From NCBI RefSeq assembly GCF_000150275.1, contig NW_002060943.1, forward strand, positions 11,966,878 through 12,030,877: DNA of 64,000 nt, in the 5' to 3' direction. Both the position numbers and the translations under genes were made by a program. Each line of letters begins with the position of its first letter. Within the stretch, counting starts at the first letter, position 1. The notes below the pieces were generated by a model. It ran no database searches, had not been told where the DNA came from, and saw only the letters and a list, made by a program, of their open reading frames with translations. The DNA is from Trichoplax adhaerens. Taxonomy: Eukaryota; Animalia; Placozoa. Below, piece after piece: positions 13,047-26,700 of the stretch.

Positions 13047-16000
13047 TCACGAGTCGTGGCTTTGATCTAATGCCTTTTCAGCCAAAGATATTAGAATTCC
13101 CGCAACCTCCGATGTTTCTGGAGGGTTCGATAAAATCCAGCAATCGTCAACTCCTCTTGAATCCCTGCATAAAGGACACGATTGATTTTGTTCGAACCTG
13201 TAGTAGCAATATTTAAAATTTAATTGAATCATTTTAGGTCGAGGATTGAAATAATACAGGATGTAAACCTCATTGATATTCTAATTCGAGTAATGACAAT
13301 ATGACTAGCATGATGACGATCATTAGTTATTGCCATATTACAAACGCTAACCAAGCATTAATGCATTCGTGACAATAGCTATGCATGCATGGTAATGCAA
13401 TGTCTGATTGGCTATCCATACAAATGCAACACTCATCCTTGTAATTGTTTTGATCGAGTTCACGGTGACAGCTGTGATATTGAAACTGCAATCAGTATGA
13501 TTTAACGTACAAAGATAAGATATAGGATTTTAAATTAAATGGAACTTACTCCGAAAAAATAACGGAAGCTGACAAGTCCAGAGGTGCATTCTAAAATAAA
13601 ATTATAGATAACCTTTTTTATTCAATTTACAGTTTGTATGGACTAGCAGGCTTCACGCGGTAATTAATAAATTAGACACTGCAATGTCGTAACCGTGTAT
13701 AGAGTACAATTCTTGGTGCTATTTTGTAATAAGCAATATTATGAGACCACCAAAATATACGAAGTCTAGCTCTATATCACAATTTTTACATTGTCAGTCA
13801 AGATATCTTGAATACATCGAATCGATAGCATTTTAAACGATAGATATTTCAATAATTTTTTGATAATGCAATAGTTAACACTAATTTAGTGTAGTAACAA
13901 CATGCCTGACTGTGTAACTAACTTTAAGCATACGCCATCGACCGACATAATTATTATTTCATTAGTATACATATAGCAAACAATGAGTACATATTTCAAT
14001 TGTATAGGTATCAGTAATACGCAGAATACTCGTACAAAGTGCACGATAGCAAAAACTAAGTCACTAGGCAATAACATCGATCAAACGAATTCACTATCAT
14101 CCAACAGCACTCTACCTGATTAGATTCTTGCTTTGCGAGGACCAATTTTTCCATAATATCTTGACTTAAGTAAAGAAATTGCTTCAAATTCAGTTCTTTT
14201 ATACTCTCCACCACACCATTAATCTTGTTATACTAAATTGTACATAAGAAAGCAGATTTCACGTGAACAAGGGGCATACTATAAAGGTAAACTATAAATA
14301 TGAGATAAGTCTGATTTAATGCACTTGAAGTTATATCCATCAAGTAGCAGGCGATCAGTGTTACTCTGAAAAAAGGCTAAGAGTGTTTATAATCTTGACT
14401 ATTGCAACACGATATCATTGTAAATGTGTACAGTATATAATAAATACTATGTATAAGTTATAACTCCATGTAATTCACTATCTAATCGATAACGCTGAAA
14501 TATGAGTATCATCGCATTGTTGAGTTATCTTTGATTAGATAGTGTTGGTTATTTCAATGCTATCATCATCGCTAGTGAATAATATGAATTTAGGAAATAG
14601 TAAAAGAACTGGTCACGCAAATGACAACTTATCAACTATAGCATATCGATGTCATGTTGCATTTCGAATGTTATGCGCATTATATACATTTAAGCATACC
14701 TTATTACAAATTATTTGTATTCTAGACTTTGAAATCGTACCAGCTCCACACGTGGTCGAGGTGTCATCATCATCGCCGCTGTTTTCTTTTTCTACTTGGT
14801 AAAACATTAACTGCTTCCCGCCTTCGTCGGCTAAGTTTTGTAATCTATCGTATAAACATCACATCAAACATACGAATCAGCAACTTCAGCGATCAGAAAA
14901 ATAGTGATAACTATGATTATTGCATTAGCGGACATAGGATATCCGGTCAAGGCTCATTACAGTATTCATTAAGAGTAGTCGACGAATTATCGCAATTTTG
15001 AATTGAATATACAGTAATTAATTAAAGTGACTGTTTCAAATATCGATATGTTGATAATCATAGTTAGGGTTAGGGTTAGCTATTCATTACAGTCATGCAT
15101 GTCTTTGATTTATGACTGATCACTGATACGACTTCATGTAAGACAGAATTCAGTTTTAAGTTTTGCAATCTATCGTATGAACACCATTTCAGAAATGCCT
15201 ATCAGTAACTTAAGCGATCGGAAACATAATATATCAACATATCGATATTTAAATTAGATGCTCCATAATTAATTAATTTAAAATCTTTATGAGTTGTCGC
15301 CTACTTTTGATAAATACTATAATGAACTTAAACCGTCGTCCATGTTGTAGTGTAGAAGTCATGCTGAAGTAAGTTAGCAGTCGAGCAAAGTACAATATAA
15401 AATGGAGGCTACTGATGACACTTCTCATGGGGCTAGTACACCACATATATCTTCGATCTATTACTGATCACTGATATGATTCATGCAAGGGATAAGTTAC
15501 CCAACTGCTATTATGCTCCCTATTTTACTTCATGCTCTACAGCCTATGGGTTTGTTGAATGGTGTTCAAAACAATATAACATTGACACCTCAAATAACTA
15601 ATTTAATTTCGCCAGTTTGAGAGATAAACTTACTCTTCGTTTAACTTGTTGATTCGATCTTGAGATGATGAATCCATTATAAAAAAATGCAAAAGTGAAT
15701 TTAGCGGTTAGAATAAATTAATTATTTATGATACATATTCAAGCAGAGACCAAGTACTGTACATTCATTCCAAAGTAATCATTCTTCACATTAAATAATT
15801 TATTCTAGACTATGCGATACTTTAGTGATTATCATGATGGCCTATATAGATAATTACTTAATCTAATTACTAAATGATGAACTCTTTTAGAGTCAATTGA
15901 CTTCGTATAGTGTGTAATAAATAGTTAATTCCGTATTTACAGTAGCGCATTACGTTTATTCTCAATATGGATGCTAATTAAGGAATGACGGCCTATGTAT

Positions 16001-17448
16001 TTATATACTGGATAAAGGTAAAGATAATTTGGTAGATTAATCAAACATAACATCATTCATCAGGTAGCATGATTTCGTACAAGAATTACGCTAAAAAGGC
16101 CTTTAGTGAGAGTTTACACATAAATTTCTGTATCTTGGGTTGAACAAAGTGAAAGAGAGGAATTCGAAAGTACCCTGCTATCTCAAGGGCGATACCGGTA
16201 CTACTAGACAAAAAATGGTTTAATTTCCCTGACGAAATGATAATTGTACATGTAATTGCTATCTGTGGAATTTTCCCTATGCCAGAAATTAATTCATATT
16301 AAAATAAATGCAAGGAATTACTCTATTCTATTTACACTTAGTCAAAAATGGCTAATTAAGAAATGAATTTCAGGTGCCGTTAGTTTATTACTAAATCGAG
16401 CGGTTGGGAATCAGTTAAGGCTATGATGCCTCCTTCGTATCTTCGTGTATCATTGTAGAGAACTTATCATGAATACTTTCTGTATAGCTATTTTAACCTT
16501 GCCAAGGTATAGAATACAGGCTTTCTAGCGTATTTGTGAAGTAGAATCGTTAAGAATGTATGTGTATACTACAAGATCTTCCTTTTGTGATAATTTTCGA
16601 AAGCGATGATGCAATTATTTCGATCCCTTATACAGTAAATTAAGTTTGCTCTACATTATACTTCAATAAATCCTCTCTAGGACTACAGGACAGGTTGACC
16701 TTTTAATGTTCATGATGAAAGAAAGCTATGATTCCAAATGTATTTCTACATCAGCAGAAAATAAGTACATGCATACTGCAATAGATCAAGGCATATTGTC
16801 GATGCGGTACGACTTTCTACACGAGCTATGGCTATAACTTTCAATCTTGATCAAGTTTCAAAACTTAAAAGAGTTACCGGTTCAATGGCAAGGTTGTCTA
16901 AATTATGTGTTACACAACATCTACGATATTATTTATTCGCATGACTGCAAGTTGTAAGTTAGTAAAATTACGTTCCAGTTTACTGTTTCCGAAATGAACT
17001 GAATTATCGAGTCGAAATTCAGATGAGGCAGTTACTAGCCTACCATTGTAAAACGGTGGTCTTATAAATCAAGAAGTAAATAATCGTTTGGATCGCACGT
17101 CGCGGTCGGTAGTGACATGAGCTTCTACAGCGATTAATTAATTAATTGTACTGTATAACCTGACGACATAATAAGCAATATGATAAAGACAAGGATTAGA
17201 TTTAGACGCATATAGTCCTATGAAATTTTCTCTATTTTGTACCGTTTCGATTGCTGTCAATGCTCCCGAATACATCTCGGCGAGACCGACATAATAAATG
17301 TAGATATCAAGCAAGCTGCTATGCTGAGCTTACCTGATAATTTTTCTTGATTAATTTTCATCATTTCGCGGAATATTAAGGCATCTTTTTCCTCTTTACT
17401 TCGGTAATATTGGGAAACTATCTTTTGCCTACTCGGTCCTTGACCCAT
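13047..17448 (-). CDS. RNF141: RING finger protein 141-like (N-myristoylation-type MGQ start, C3HC4 RING), 7 exons
   Basis: Exons: 17448-17334, 15658-15634 (25 nt), 14844-14700, 14232-14116, 13590-13550, 13471-13352, ~13197-13047, phases consistent. Protein MGQGPS...[22 protein letters not shown]...[39 protein letters not shown]...DDCWILS matches RNF141 architecture. Confidence 0.85.
15091..15169 (-). other. Candidate duplicated, mutually exclusive alternative exon 3 of RNF141
   Basis: Acceptor region and first 13 nt are a copy of the real exon 3 start (both encode LQNL). The 79 nt are open and end at GTAATG in phase 0, like exon 3. Confidence 0.4.
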
Positions 17449-19355
17449 AATGGATTTTGGGATTCTTGTTAACGATTGGGTACGCGTAACAAGTAAAAAA
17501 TATTCTCCTTTGCCGGGATGCTTTGGAAGTAATCCACTCTACAGGCAGTATTCTTTCTGGAAATACAGTATAATTCAGTCAAGAAGTGGTCGTTGCACTG
17601 TATATTGGATCTCTATCTATCGTAAACTACTACTAGAAACCATCAGAAGATGATCCAATGCTCCAGAACTGAAAAATGTTTCTTTCAATGCCACTTGACG
17701 ATGGCTGGTAGTCTGCAAGTTGGGAAATTGCACAATATTTCTAGGTGTCCAGTAATAAAAATGGGAAGGACCCCAATAGGACATGGGGCGCAAACTCGAT
17801 ACTAGCGCATTCATACTGTGCAAGCCATCAAGGCTGATTTGATACTGTAGTATAGAGACTCTGCTCTCTCATGCGACACTCGACAGTATGTCCTGTTGAC
17901 AAATCTTGCGTAAACGAAAACAACAACCGATCGAGGATTTTGTTTATTAACCGGAAATTATCGATCTAAGGATAAGACTTATATAAATCTTCCATGTTAT
18001 GCATTGGACAGCTACTCGTATGTTAACTATTCCTGTAGACTCTAAACTAGTCTACAGTCACGTTACGAAATCTTGACTCTTTCTTTCGGATTAACGCTCA
18101 ACTGAATGGATAGTTTCTAGTGATCATAAGGTAGAAAAGTAGGAGGCTGTCGAATTGCAAATTCCAACCGCACCACAAATGATTATTTTAGGGTAGCAGT
18201 ATACAGGATGAATTTTTACTGCAGAAAGTAGCAAAATAAAGTACAGTACAGGGAAATTAACGGAACGGAGGAGAGGATATCACGTTATAAGTTACCACCA
18301 CAACTGCGACAGGTGTTGTTGGTTACTTCTTCAAGGGTACTAAATAAAATACCTTGCATTCTTTTAACAGGCAAGTACATCATCGATCACAGAAATGGTT
18401 ATATGCGTAGTGATATGATGCATCCTAATACTCCTTTATTTCATATTCTTATACTAGTAAATATGTTATAGATTTTCTAATCAGTATCAGCTTATTTCGC
18501 TATTTGCAATGTTGATTGAATCGGCATGACCTACCCGATGGATACAGTAGTCTATTTTTGAAATCCATCTTTTTGCATCGATGGCAGCATAAAAATGGAA
18601 CACGAAAGAGTTTCATAGGAGATACATCCGTGCAAATAAGCCCCGTCTAGATGCAGTGAATAAATTTATTTATTCATTTTGTATAAATGCCAATTGCTCT
18701 TCGATCTTCTATATCTATGATGATAATGGCACTTAATCTTATTTCATGAATTATTGAATGAATACAAGTGAAGGTAATTCCATTAACTCGATACAAATTA
18801 TCATACCAATGAAATTAATATTAACATGATTTTGTCATTAAACATGGACAGTATGGTCCATCAAGGCAGTACAGTACTACATTTAGATAGTATAAAATAG
18901 ACTCCAGTTTAATTTAAATTCCTTCTTCGTACGATATAATCTTCCGAGATCATGATTGAACTATCTTTCACTTTTTGAGGTTCTTACTATCCCACAAAAC
19001 AAACTATGTCAATTTATATATCAAATTTTGGATGATGTATATATATAATATATATATCATTTATCAAACAACAATGAATTAATATCAGTAGGTCTGAAAT
19101 TGATAGGGTGCATCAAAAATACTGTACAATATATACACACAGGGCTATAAGAATTGATATATCACGAGTTTACAGAATATTGCAGCGTAACATCAGAGCT
19201 GAGCTTAGAAGCTTGTAAGGCGTACACAAGTCTTTAGTAAGTTGGAATAGAATAGAATCAAAAGCAATAAGCTAACGAGAGCATAAAACAGAACAGTGTT
19301 TGGGCATACTCTCCCTGTATCTTATGGCTTTCATATCTAATACATCTTTGGAGGA

Positions 19356-20539
19356 TTACGCTCTATTAGGTATCATTTTGCGGTATACAGTATTTAATTT
19401 CGTATATACAGTTAAGGCTAGTAGATAGAAATTCTTTTTGTACCATTCCCTATTTCAACAGTTAAAAGATGAAAAAAGAATATTAATTTTGAAGTCAATT
19501 CCACAAGCATGCTACATTAGGTTGACATTAACATTTTCTACTTTACTACCACTTAGAATAGCGTACATTTATATGATGTCCATGAACTCAAATGTCAATC
19601 GTATTGCAAATTGACTGTATAGTTAAGGATGACTGGTTTTAATTGCAAAATCATGGTAAGATACTGAAATCTCATGGATTGGGACATGAATGATGTTGTT
19701 GCTAGGAATCCGTTACGGTTAGCGTAGATTTAAACGATGGCTTATTGAAAAATTAGTACCAAGTATATGTGAAATATTTGCAATGGTAAGCATGATCTAC
19801 GACTAATGCAGGCAGGCTGGAGAATACATCTAAGTTTGCAATAACCTTGATTGATGTAGCTTCTATTCATTATGAATCATATGGTGTTTAGCAGAATGTT
19901 GTATAGCAAGCATGAGAACATGATCAAGGAATAATGCAGACAGGCAGGAAAACACATTTAAGCTTGAGTAACGTTAGTTGGTGTAGCTTCTATAATTATA
20001 GTCGATACAGTAGGATGTTTGCATACCAAGGTTGATGACATAATCTACAAATAATTATCATGGAAGCCTGCTAAAAGATGCGTATAAACTAAACTAATTG
20101 TGCTCTGCGACTGCGAAAACATTAGCTGATGTGGCTTGTATTGTAAATATATATACTGTATATATACTAAATCCAGTACGCCCATTAAATATCCTTACTT
20201 GTTATAATTGATATGGATCTTGTAATTATCGTTTAAAAATTGGCCATAAAATTCTGCAAGTTCATCAGCATGTAAATGCGTTTCTTCATCATTACTCTCT
20301 TTCATCTTACAATTAGCATCTCGCTTGGCAATGTATTCTTTCTTGCATTGTTGAAAATTTATATTTTGCTCCCGCCAGAACTGATGATTCCATTCTTGTA
20401 CATCTCTTCGCATCTGCCTTAAATATCTTTCACTTGGGCTTTCAAGAGACTTTTCTCTTAAAATGAAAGGTCTAATATTCGATTGAGGATCTGGTTGGCC
20501 GACGTCGTCATGGAAATTCCAGCTTACCGGTGCTTTCTT
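19356..20539 (-). CDS. COA8: Cytochrome c oxidase assembly factor 8 (COA8/APOPT1); first exon unresolved (probably within 20600-20800)
   Basis: Exon 20539-20199: DDVGQPDPQSNIRP...EWNHQFWREQNINF...DELAEFYGQFLNDNYKIHINYN. It splices in phase 2 to exon 19449-19356: KEWYKKNFYLLAL...*. These are APOPT/COA8 family signatures. Confidence 0.85.
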
Positions 20540-21642
20540 CTGAGTTTATCATATTGAAATAACGTTCAACAACAACGAAATAGGTTAAAATGTTATCAAA
20601 GTAGACTTTGCACGCTGCAGTATTAGCGTTGGATAGTACAGTACGTTTAAAGCAGATATGGAATCCAATCTACACTAAAGAGAAGGATGCCTATTAAAGT
20701 TTTTGTGTTCAAGATAGAGTGCAATGGAAATTGTACAGCAAGCAAGTAGAGTAGACGTTGAACAACTTTAAGGTGCCATATTTTGCCCATGGAAGCATAT
20801 GATTGTAGACTGTACAGTAGTCACTTTTGATATGGATACACAAAGAAGACAAGCAAGCTAGCGGCAAGTGGTGACCAGTCTAATGATAAAACTAAATCAA
20901 TTTACTGCAGGTTTCTTCGAATATCGACTTGTTTTCGTGGTCGATATTTTGCTCTACTAGACTAGTTTATTGGCTCGACTTTTAATCACGCTGATCAGCA
21001 ACATAAGGGGGTACGACTCGTATTCGCTTACCGGCAACTTGAGTCCGGAGAAGTAAGATTGCCGACGGATGATTAGATTACGTATTATCCTTGGTACTGC
21101 CATCCTATCCAGCTACTGTAAAGAGAGATAAGTGATAATTATGAGGTAGAAATGCTCTCCAATGCCATCGCCACTCGACGACTAGCAACAGCAGGCAAGA
21201 GGACGTGGAAAGATTGCCGAGGCTTTTGGCCAATGTGCACTAGTACAGACAGGACGGTAGTACAGGCTGTCATAGCCTATGGCACCTTGGTAGTATACTT
21301 GGAACCTTGTATTTCTCTCTCTACTAAACGCTGTTGCAGCCTCCGGTTGGAAAATTGCGTTTGATTGAGTACCGAGAGTAGATTACTCGGACATGAAATT
21401 GCAATAGCAAAAAACGCATGGAGAACGATTTCTATTGGCAGCTTGCAATAGACTTGTCAATAGTAGGCGATTTTCAAATAGCTTTTAGCTTTTATGCAAT
21501 ATGAAAAGCAAACTCAAAAAGTGTTTCACAGCTTGAAGTGGAACAATTTCTTCGCAATAATACAGTATATGAAGACTAGTCGATCCTTTGCATAATATAC
21601 TGTACTTGAACTTTTCTTTTTACATCAATCGCACGGTATTAT

Positions 21643-23115
21643 GAGATCTTAAACAGACTTCATTAATGCTGTGCGATGGCAATATAAGAAAATAGACTAG
21701 TTTTAGGTTGTGGCAAAATTGTTCAGTAGTAAAGTGATGTGTACGCGTCTATTGATTTCTCGGCTTTTGCTATGTTCAATGCTGCTAAAGAAGATGTAAA
21801 ATGCAGGCCGGATAATTACTCCTACTCGATTTATACTTTGCATAGTTCACTTTATATCGATAGCACTACTTTATAAGATCTTGAACAGACGTAATTAATG
21901 CTGTTGGGTGGCAAGATAAGAAATTAGACTAGTTTTAGGAGGTGGCAAAATTGTTCATTAGTAAAGTGATGTGTACGCGTCTACCGATTTCTTGACTTTG
22001 AATGCTGCTAAAGAGGATGTAAAATGGAGGCCGGATAATTACTCCTCACTCGATTTATACTTTGCAAAGCATACTGTACTTGTACTTTTCACTTTACATC
22101 GATAGCACTATATTATAAGATCTTGAACAGACGTAATTAATGCTGTTGGGTGGCAAGATAAGAAATTAGACTAGTTTTAGGAGGTGGCAAAACTGTTCAG
22201 TAGTAAAGTGATGTGTACGTGTCTACCGATTTCTTGGCTTTGAATGCTGCTAAAGAGGATGTAAAATGGAGGCCGGATAATTACTCCTTACTCGATTTAT
22301 ACTTTGCATAGTTCACTTTATATCGATAGCACTATATTATAAGATCTTGAACAGACGTAATTAATGCTGTTGGGTGGCAAAATTGTTCATTAGTAAAGTG
22401 ATGTGTACGCGTCTATCGATTTCTTGACTTTGAATGCTGCTCAAGAGGATGTAAAATGGAGGCCGGATGATTACTCCTCACTCGATTTATACTTTGCATA
22501 GATCACTTTATATCGATAGCACTATATTATAAGATCTTGAACAGGCGTAATGAATGCTGTTGGGTGGCAAGACAAGAAATTAGACTAGTTTTAGGAGGTG
22601 GCAAAACTGTTCAGTAGTAAAGTGATGTGTACGCGTCTACCGATTTCTTGACTTTGAATGCTGCTAAAGAGGATGTAAAATGGAGGCCGGATAATTACTC
22701 CTTACTCGATTTATACTTTGCATAGTTCACTTTATATCGATAGCACTACATTATAAGATCTTGAACAGACGTAATTAATGCTGTTGGGTGGCAAAATTGT
22801 TCATTAGTAAAGTGATGTGTACGCGTCTATCGATTTCTTGGCTTTGAATGCTGCTCAAGAGGATGTAAAATGGAGGCCGGATGATTATTACTCCTCACTC
22901 GATTTATACTTTGCATAGTTCACTTTATATCGATAGCACTATATTATAAGATCTTGAACAGGCGTAATGAATGCTGTTGGGTGGCAAGACAAGAAATTAG
23001 ACTAGTTTTAGGAGGTGGCAAAATTGTTCAGTAGTAAAGTGATGTGTACGCGTCTATCGATTTCTTGGCTTTCGCTATGTTGCATGCCGCTAAAGTGGAT
23101 GTAAAATGGAGGCAG
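21643..23115. repeat. Tandem array of ~7 units of 190-242 bp with higher-order (short+long) structure
   Basis: Units begin (A/G)AGATCTT(G/A)AACAG at ~21643, 21875, 22117, 22341, 22531, 22755 and 22948. Identity between units is high and the ORF track shows no ORF here. Confidence 0.95.
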
Positions 23116-23746
23116 AAATTAGCGACATTAGGGTTCAACGGCACGGAGATAGGTAGATCGATCCCTTGCTTTTTGTAATAGTAAAAGCGATTAAAATGGA
23201 TGTCAAATAGCGCTTTACCAACGTAAAAAGCTCTTCAGCAGTGATCCATAAATCATCGTCTGCTGTAAAATATACAAGCTGGGTCAATCGATCCTTTCAT
23301 TTTCTCTAGACTAAAAGCAGCTTCAAATTATCCTATCCTGTTGGATGGACTGCTGGAGAGAAAGCTGGTAGACAAGACGCCAATAGATGCGCTCAACTTG
23401 CTTAACTTACTCTAGACTGAGTCAAGGGAGGGAAAAATTGGCTCAGCATTGAGTAGAGAGGCAAGGAAGAAATCGATCCACGCGACTACCAAATAGTTTC
23501 CAGTAAGGTCTACAGTGGTCTATCGACGTGTTGATACTAAATCCAGTCAAAATCAGTCCTATTGGAAGGCTTGTATAGGGATTAGACAGGCTAAAACGCT
23601 GCATTGACATACTGTCACAGGACAGACGTTTTGACTGCAGTCAAGAGCGGCAAAATTAAGATTGCAACGAAAACAAGTACTAGCAACATTGGCTAGCCAC
23701 AATCGAGAAGCTATCCTTGAAAATTGCAATCGCTTCCTTCTTAGCC

Positions 23747-26700
23747 ATGCTGAATTCAAGCAATCGCAAATTAGATGCTCCATCGTCGTTGAGGCCTTCC
23801 AGAGGATCGAATACGAAAGGAAAGGGGAAATCGTCGTTGTTGGTGGGACGTAGTAGCAGTAGACGGTAGGCATCGCAACGGTTGGAAATGATTTCAGCTT
23901 GTCTTCAGCTTGCTAGTGTTGTATTGCATCAAGAGTTAGGAGTTATTGTAGGAGGATTACAGCTTGTCTATTGGATAGTGAATAGTCGAAAGAGTAGTTA
24001 GAAATAGGTTTACTTTTTATCCATTGGTGTACTATCAATATGTGTTGAAATTACTGTCGACAGGAGTGACCGATACTGCAGACAGATTGAGCTTAATGAT
24101 GTTCATCAAGTAGATCATCGTGGATAGTATGGGATAAGCTCGACTTGCTCGTGAGAAAGGGTTCAATTTCAATCGATTAAGCATCTTTATGCTGTAGTGT
24201 TGGATGACGTGTTATGTCCTACTTTACCTTTGCAATAAAGTCGAGTCCAATGCTGATAGAGTAGGAATAGGCATGTTATTAGCATCAGTCCTTGCAATGG
24301 CAACCCAATACTGACTACCATTGATCAATAACCTAGATCAACGCCATCCAATCAACATAAAAGACGTATTTTATTTGAAACCAATGAATTCACCATTGAA
24401 GATGTGGGCACACTACCTGTACAGTTATCCGAACGTTTAACAGCCATGAGAGGTAGGTCGAAATGAATATCAATGGCCATAAAAGTATTATTCACCTGCA
24501 GTACAGTATCAATGGATCGTGCAGACATGGACTACGGTACAAGATGTTATGAGTGAAGGATTTCTTGTCAAGGTAACCTATTGCAATCGTTTGTTGTTAG
24601 GTTCTGAAAATGTTACCGGTCGGATTACTCCTTCTGGTTGGTCATACATCATCTTCAAGAATAATCTCTTTGTTTGGAAGCAAAGTGTCATCGACAAGCA
24701 GGTAGACTGGCTAGGCATTCTACATTCTCTTTGCTTCGACATAAGGACAATGATACTCAGTTCCTGTTTTAATCAATCATGTCATGCGAGTAAATAGGAA
24801 TCACCACTGTAATAAGGCATGCTTGACTAGAGTAATGATAATATTGAGATCTCCAAAAATGCGAAATTTTGCAATCATAGTAAATATCAATCAGTAATAA
24901 TGAATAGCATTTTTAGTTCCAGGAAGGGGAAAAATGAGATATTTTACTCCATTACATTATAAACTGCTTGTTTCCTTGACAAGTATCCTATTCACTTAAC
25001 CAAATGTGTGTGTGTAATCAGTAACCGAAAATAGATAATTTTGGTGATAGATTTTCGACAGTATCAAAATGGTTGAACTATTTTAAGTGTGTTTTTCCGA
25101 CGTTTATAGTGACAGTTACCGTTGGCACCTTTACTCGTAAAGTGGACTAGTACTTTTAACATATCCACATTAGACAATCATTTTTGTGCAGTATAGCAGT
25201 GCTTCTAATGAGATACAGATATTTCAATGGTAACACTTTGTTTTCTTTGCAACGGTAAAGGCAACCAATCTTTGTCACCAATTCCCCTTGGCTCCTACAA
25301 ATTATTCTTACTCTGCCAATTTAATTAGCATTCTTACTGTGGATACAGAAAACAGTGTTTCTATCGTCGCGGTTTCTCCTGATGGTAAGTCAATAAAGCT
25401 ACAACGTAATACCGTATCATCAATAAAAGTGATCCGTTATACTGTTTCTTCTGCCTATGAATTATCCACAATCAATAAAGCGACTTAGCTTGTGTGTGTT
25501 TGAGAAATGCCTATGTTAGGCCAAAGAAGGCAGTAACTGAAGTATAACTGCCGCTAATCTAAATTATCAACCAACACTTCGTAGGTTTAGTCTCCTCTAA
25601 CTCAAAATCCACTTTTATAGGTATTGTGCGCTATTGGCCTAATTTTATGCAGCAAGCGACCTACTTTGAAATGAAAATCGTAGAAATTGGTGAAAATGAT
25701 TGTTGCTTTATGACTGTGATTAATGTGAGTGATTTCAAGCTTACAACAATTACCTCAAGTTAAACTTTTCCAAGATGGTAATGACTGCTTATTTGTATAG
25801 CCTTTTGGATGCATTTTATCTACGAAATCCAGCAAATTATTTCTATTACAACCCTCTTCTGTTGGTATGAAGGTATGCAAAATAGATATTTGAATTGAAT
25901 AAATAGTTGAACACACTGCCAATGACCAAGATATGAAATGGGTGATATTATGTAGCTAAATGTAACTTATCAAGAGTTGAGAAAATCAGTTGGACTTTTC
26001 GCTGGTATTGGCCGCCGAATTTCTTCATTTTTTACTTCAAGTGATGATTCTGTATCTCTGGTAAGCAATCAATTGCAAGTAAAGTTGCCTCTAAGTATCA
26101 TTCCAAGTAGAAACTGTACACTTTACGAATTATACTTTTAGGTGAAATCTCAAATTCTGGATGGATTTCAATCAAACAAAGATAATTGGTACTTTTAGTT
26201 ATTTTCTGTTGCTTAATATTGTTTAATTGGAATTGACTCACAGCGATCGAATATATGTGCTTGCAGTACCTTCTATACTATTGCAAATAGCAGACTGTTC
26301 ACATGGAGAATATTCTATGATGGTACTGAAAGGGTAAAAAATTACGTTGTAACTTGCTTACGTGCATGTGACTGCATGCTGTAAATTTATTACCGTAGGT
26401 TAACGTCGACACACGGTATAAGCTTAATTTAGATTGAAAAGTATGTCTTAATAATATCTACAATATCCTTGAAATATCACGTTTATAGATAATTGATGAA
26501 TGCGATTTATATCAAATGTTTGCTAATGGACCGGCTAAAGAGATTTTGGTAATTACGATGCATTGTTCATCCTATCCGTAAAGCGATCACAATGTCCTTT
26601 TGTAGACATTTCAAATTTTTACTAAATCGTATGTTGTGCTAAATGGTTTTTAGAGTACTTTTTCTGATACGGATAGATCAAATATCTACTTTACTGATGT

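Noticed and set aside
15064-15079. Interstitial telomeric repeat TTAGGGTTAGGGTTAG
   Set aside because: Only ~2.7 units; could be chance or a small repair scar, and is not interpretable.
21643-23115. CRISPR-like array or coding repeat
   Set aside because: Eukaryotic context, no unique spacers between repeats, and no ORF spans the units.
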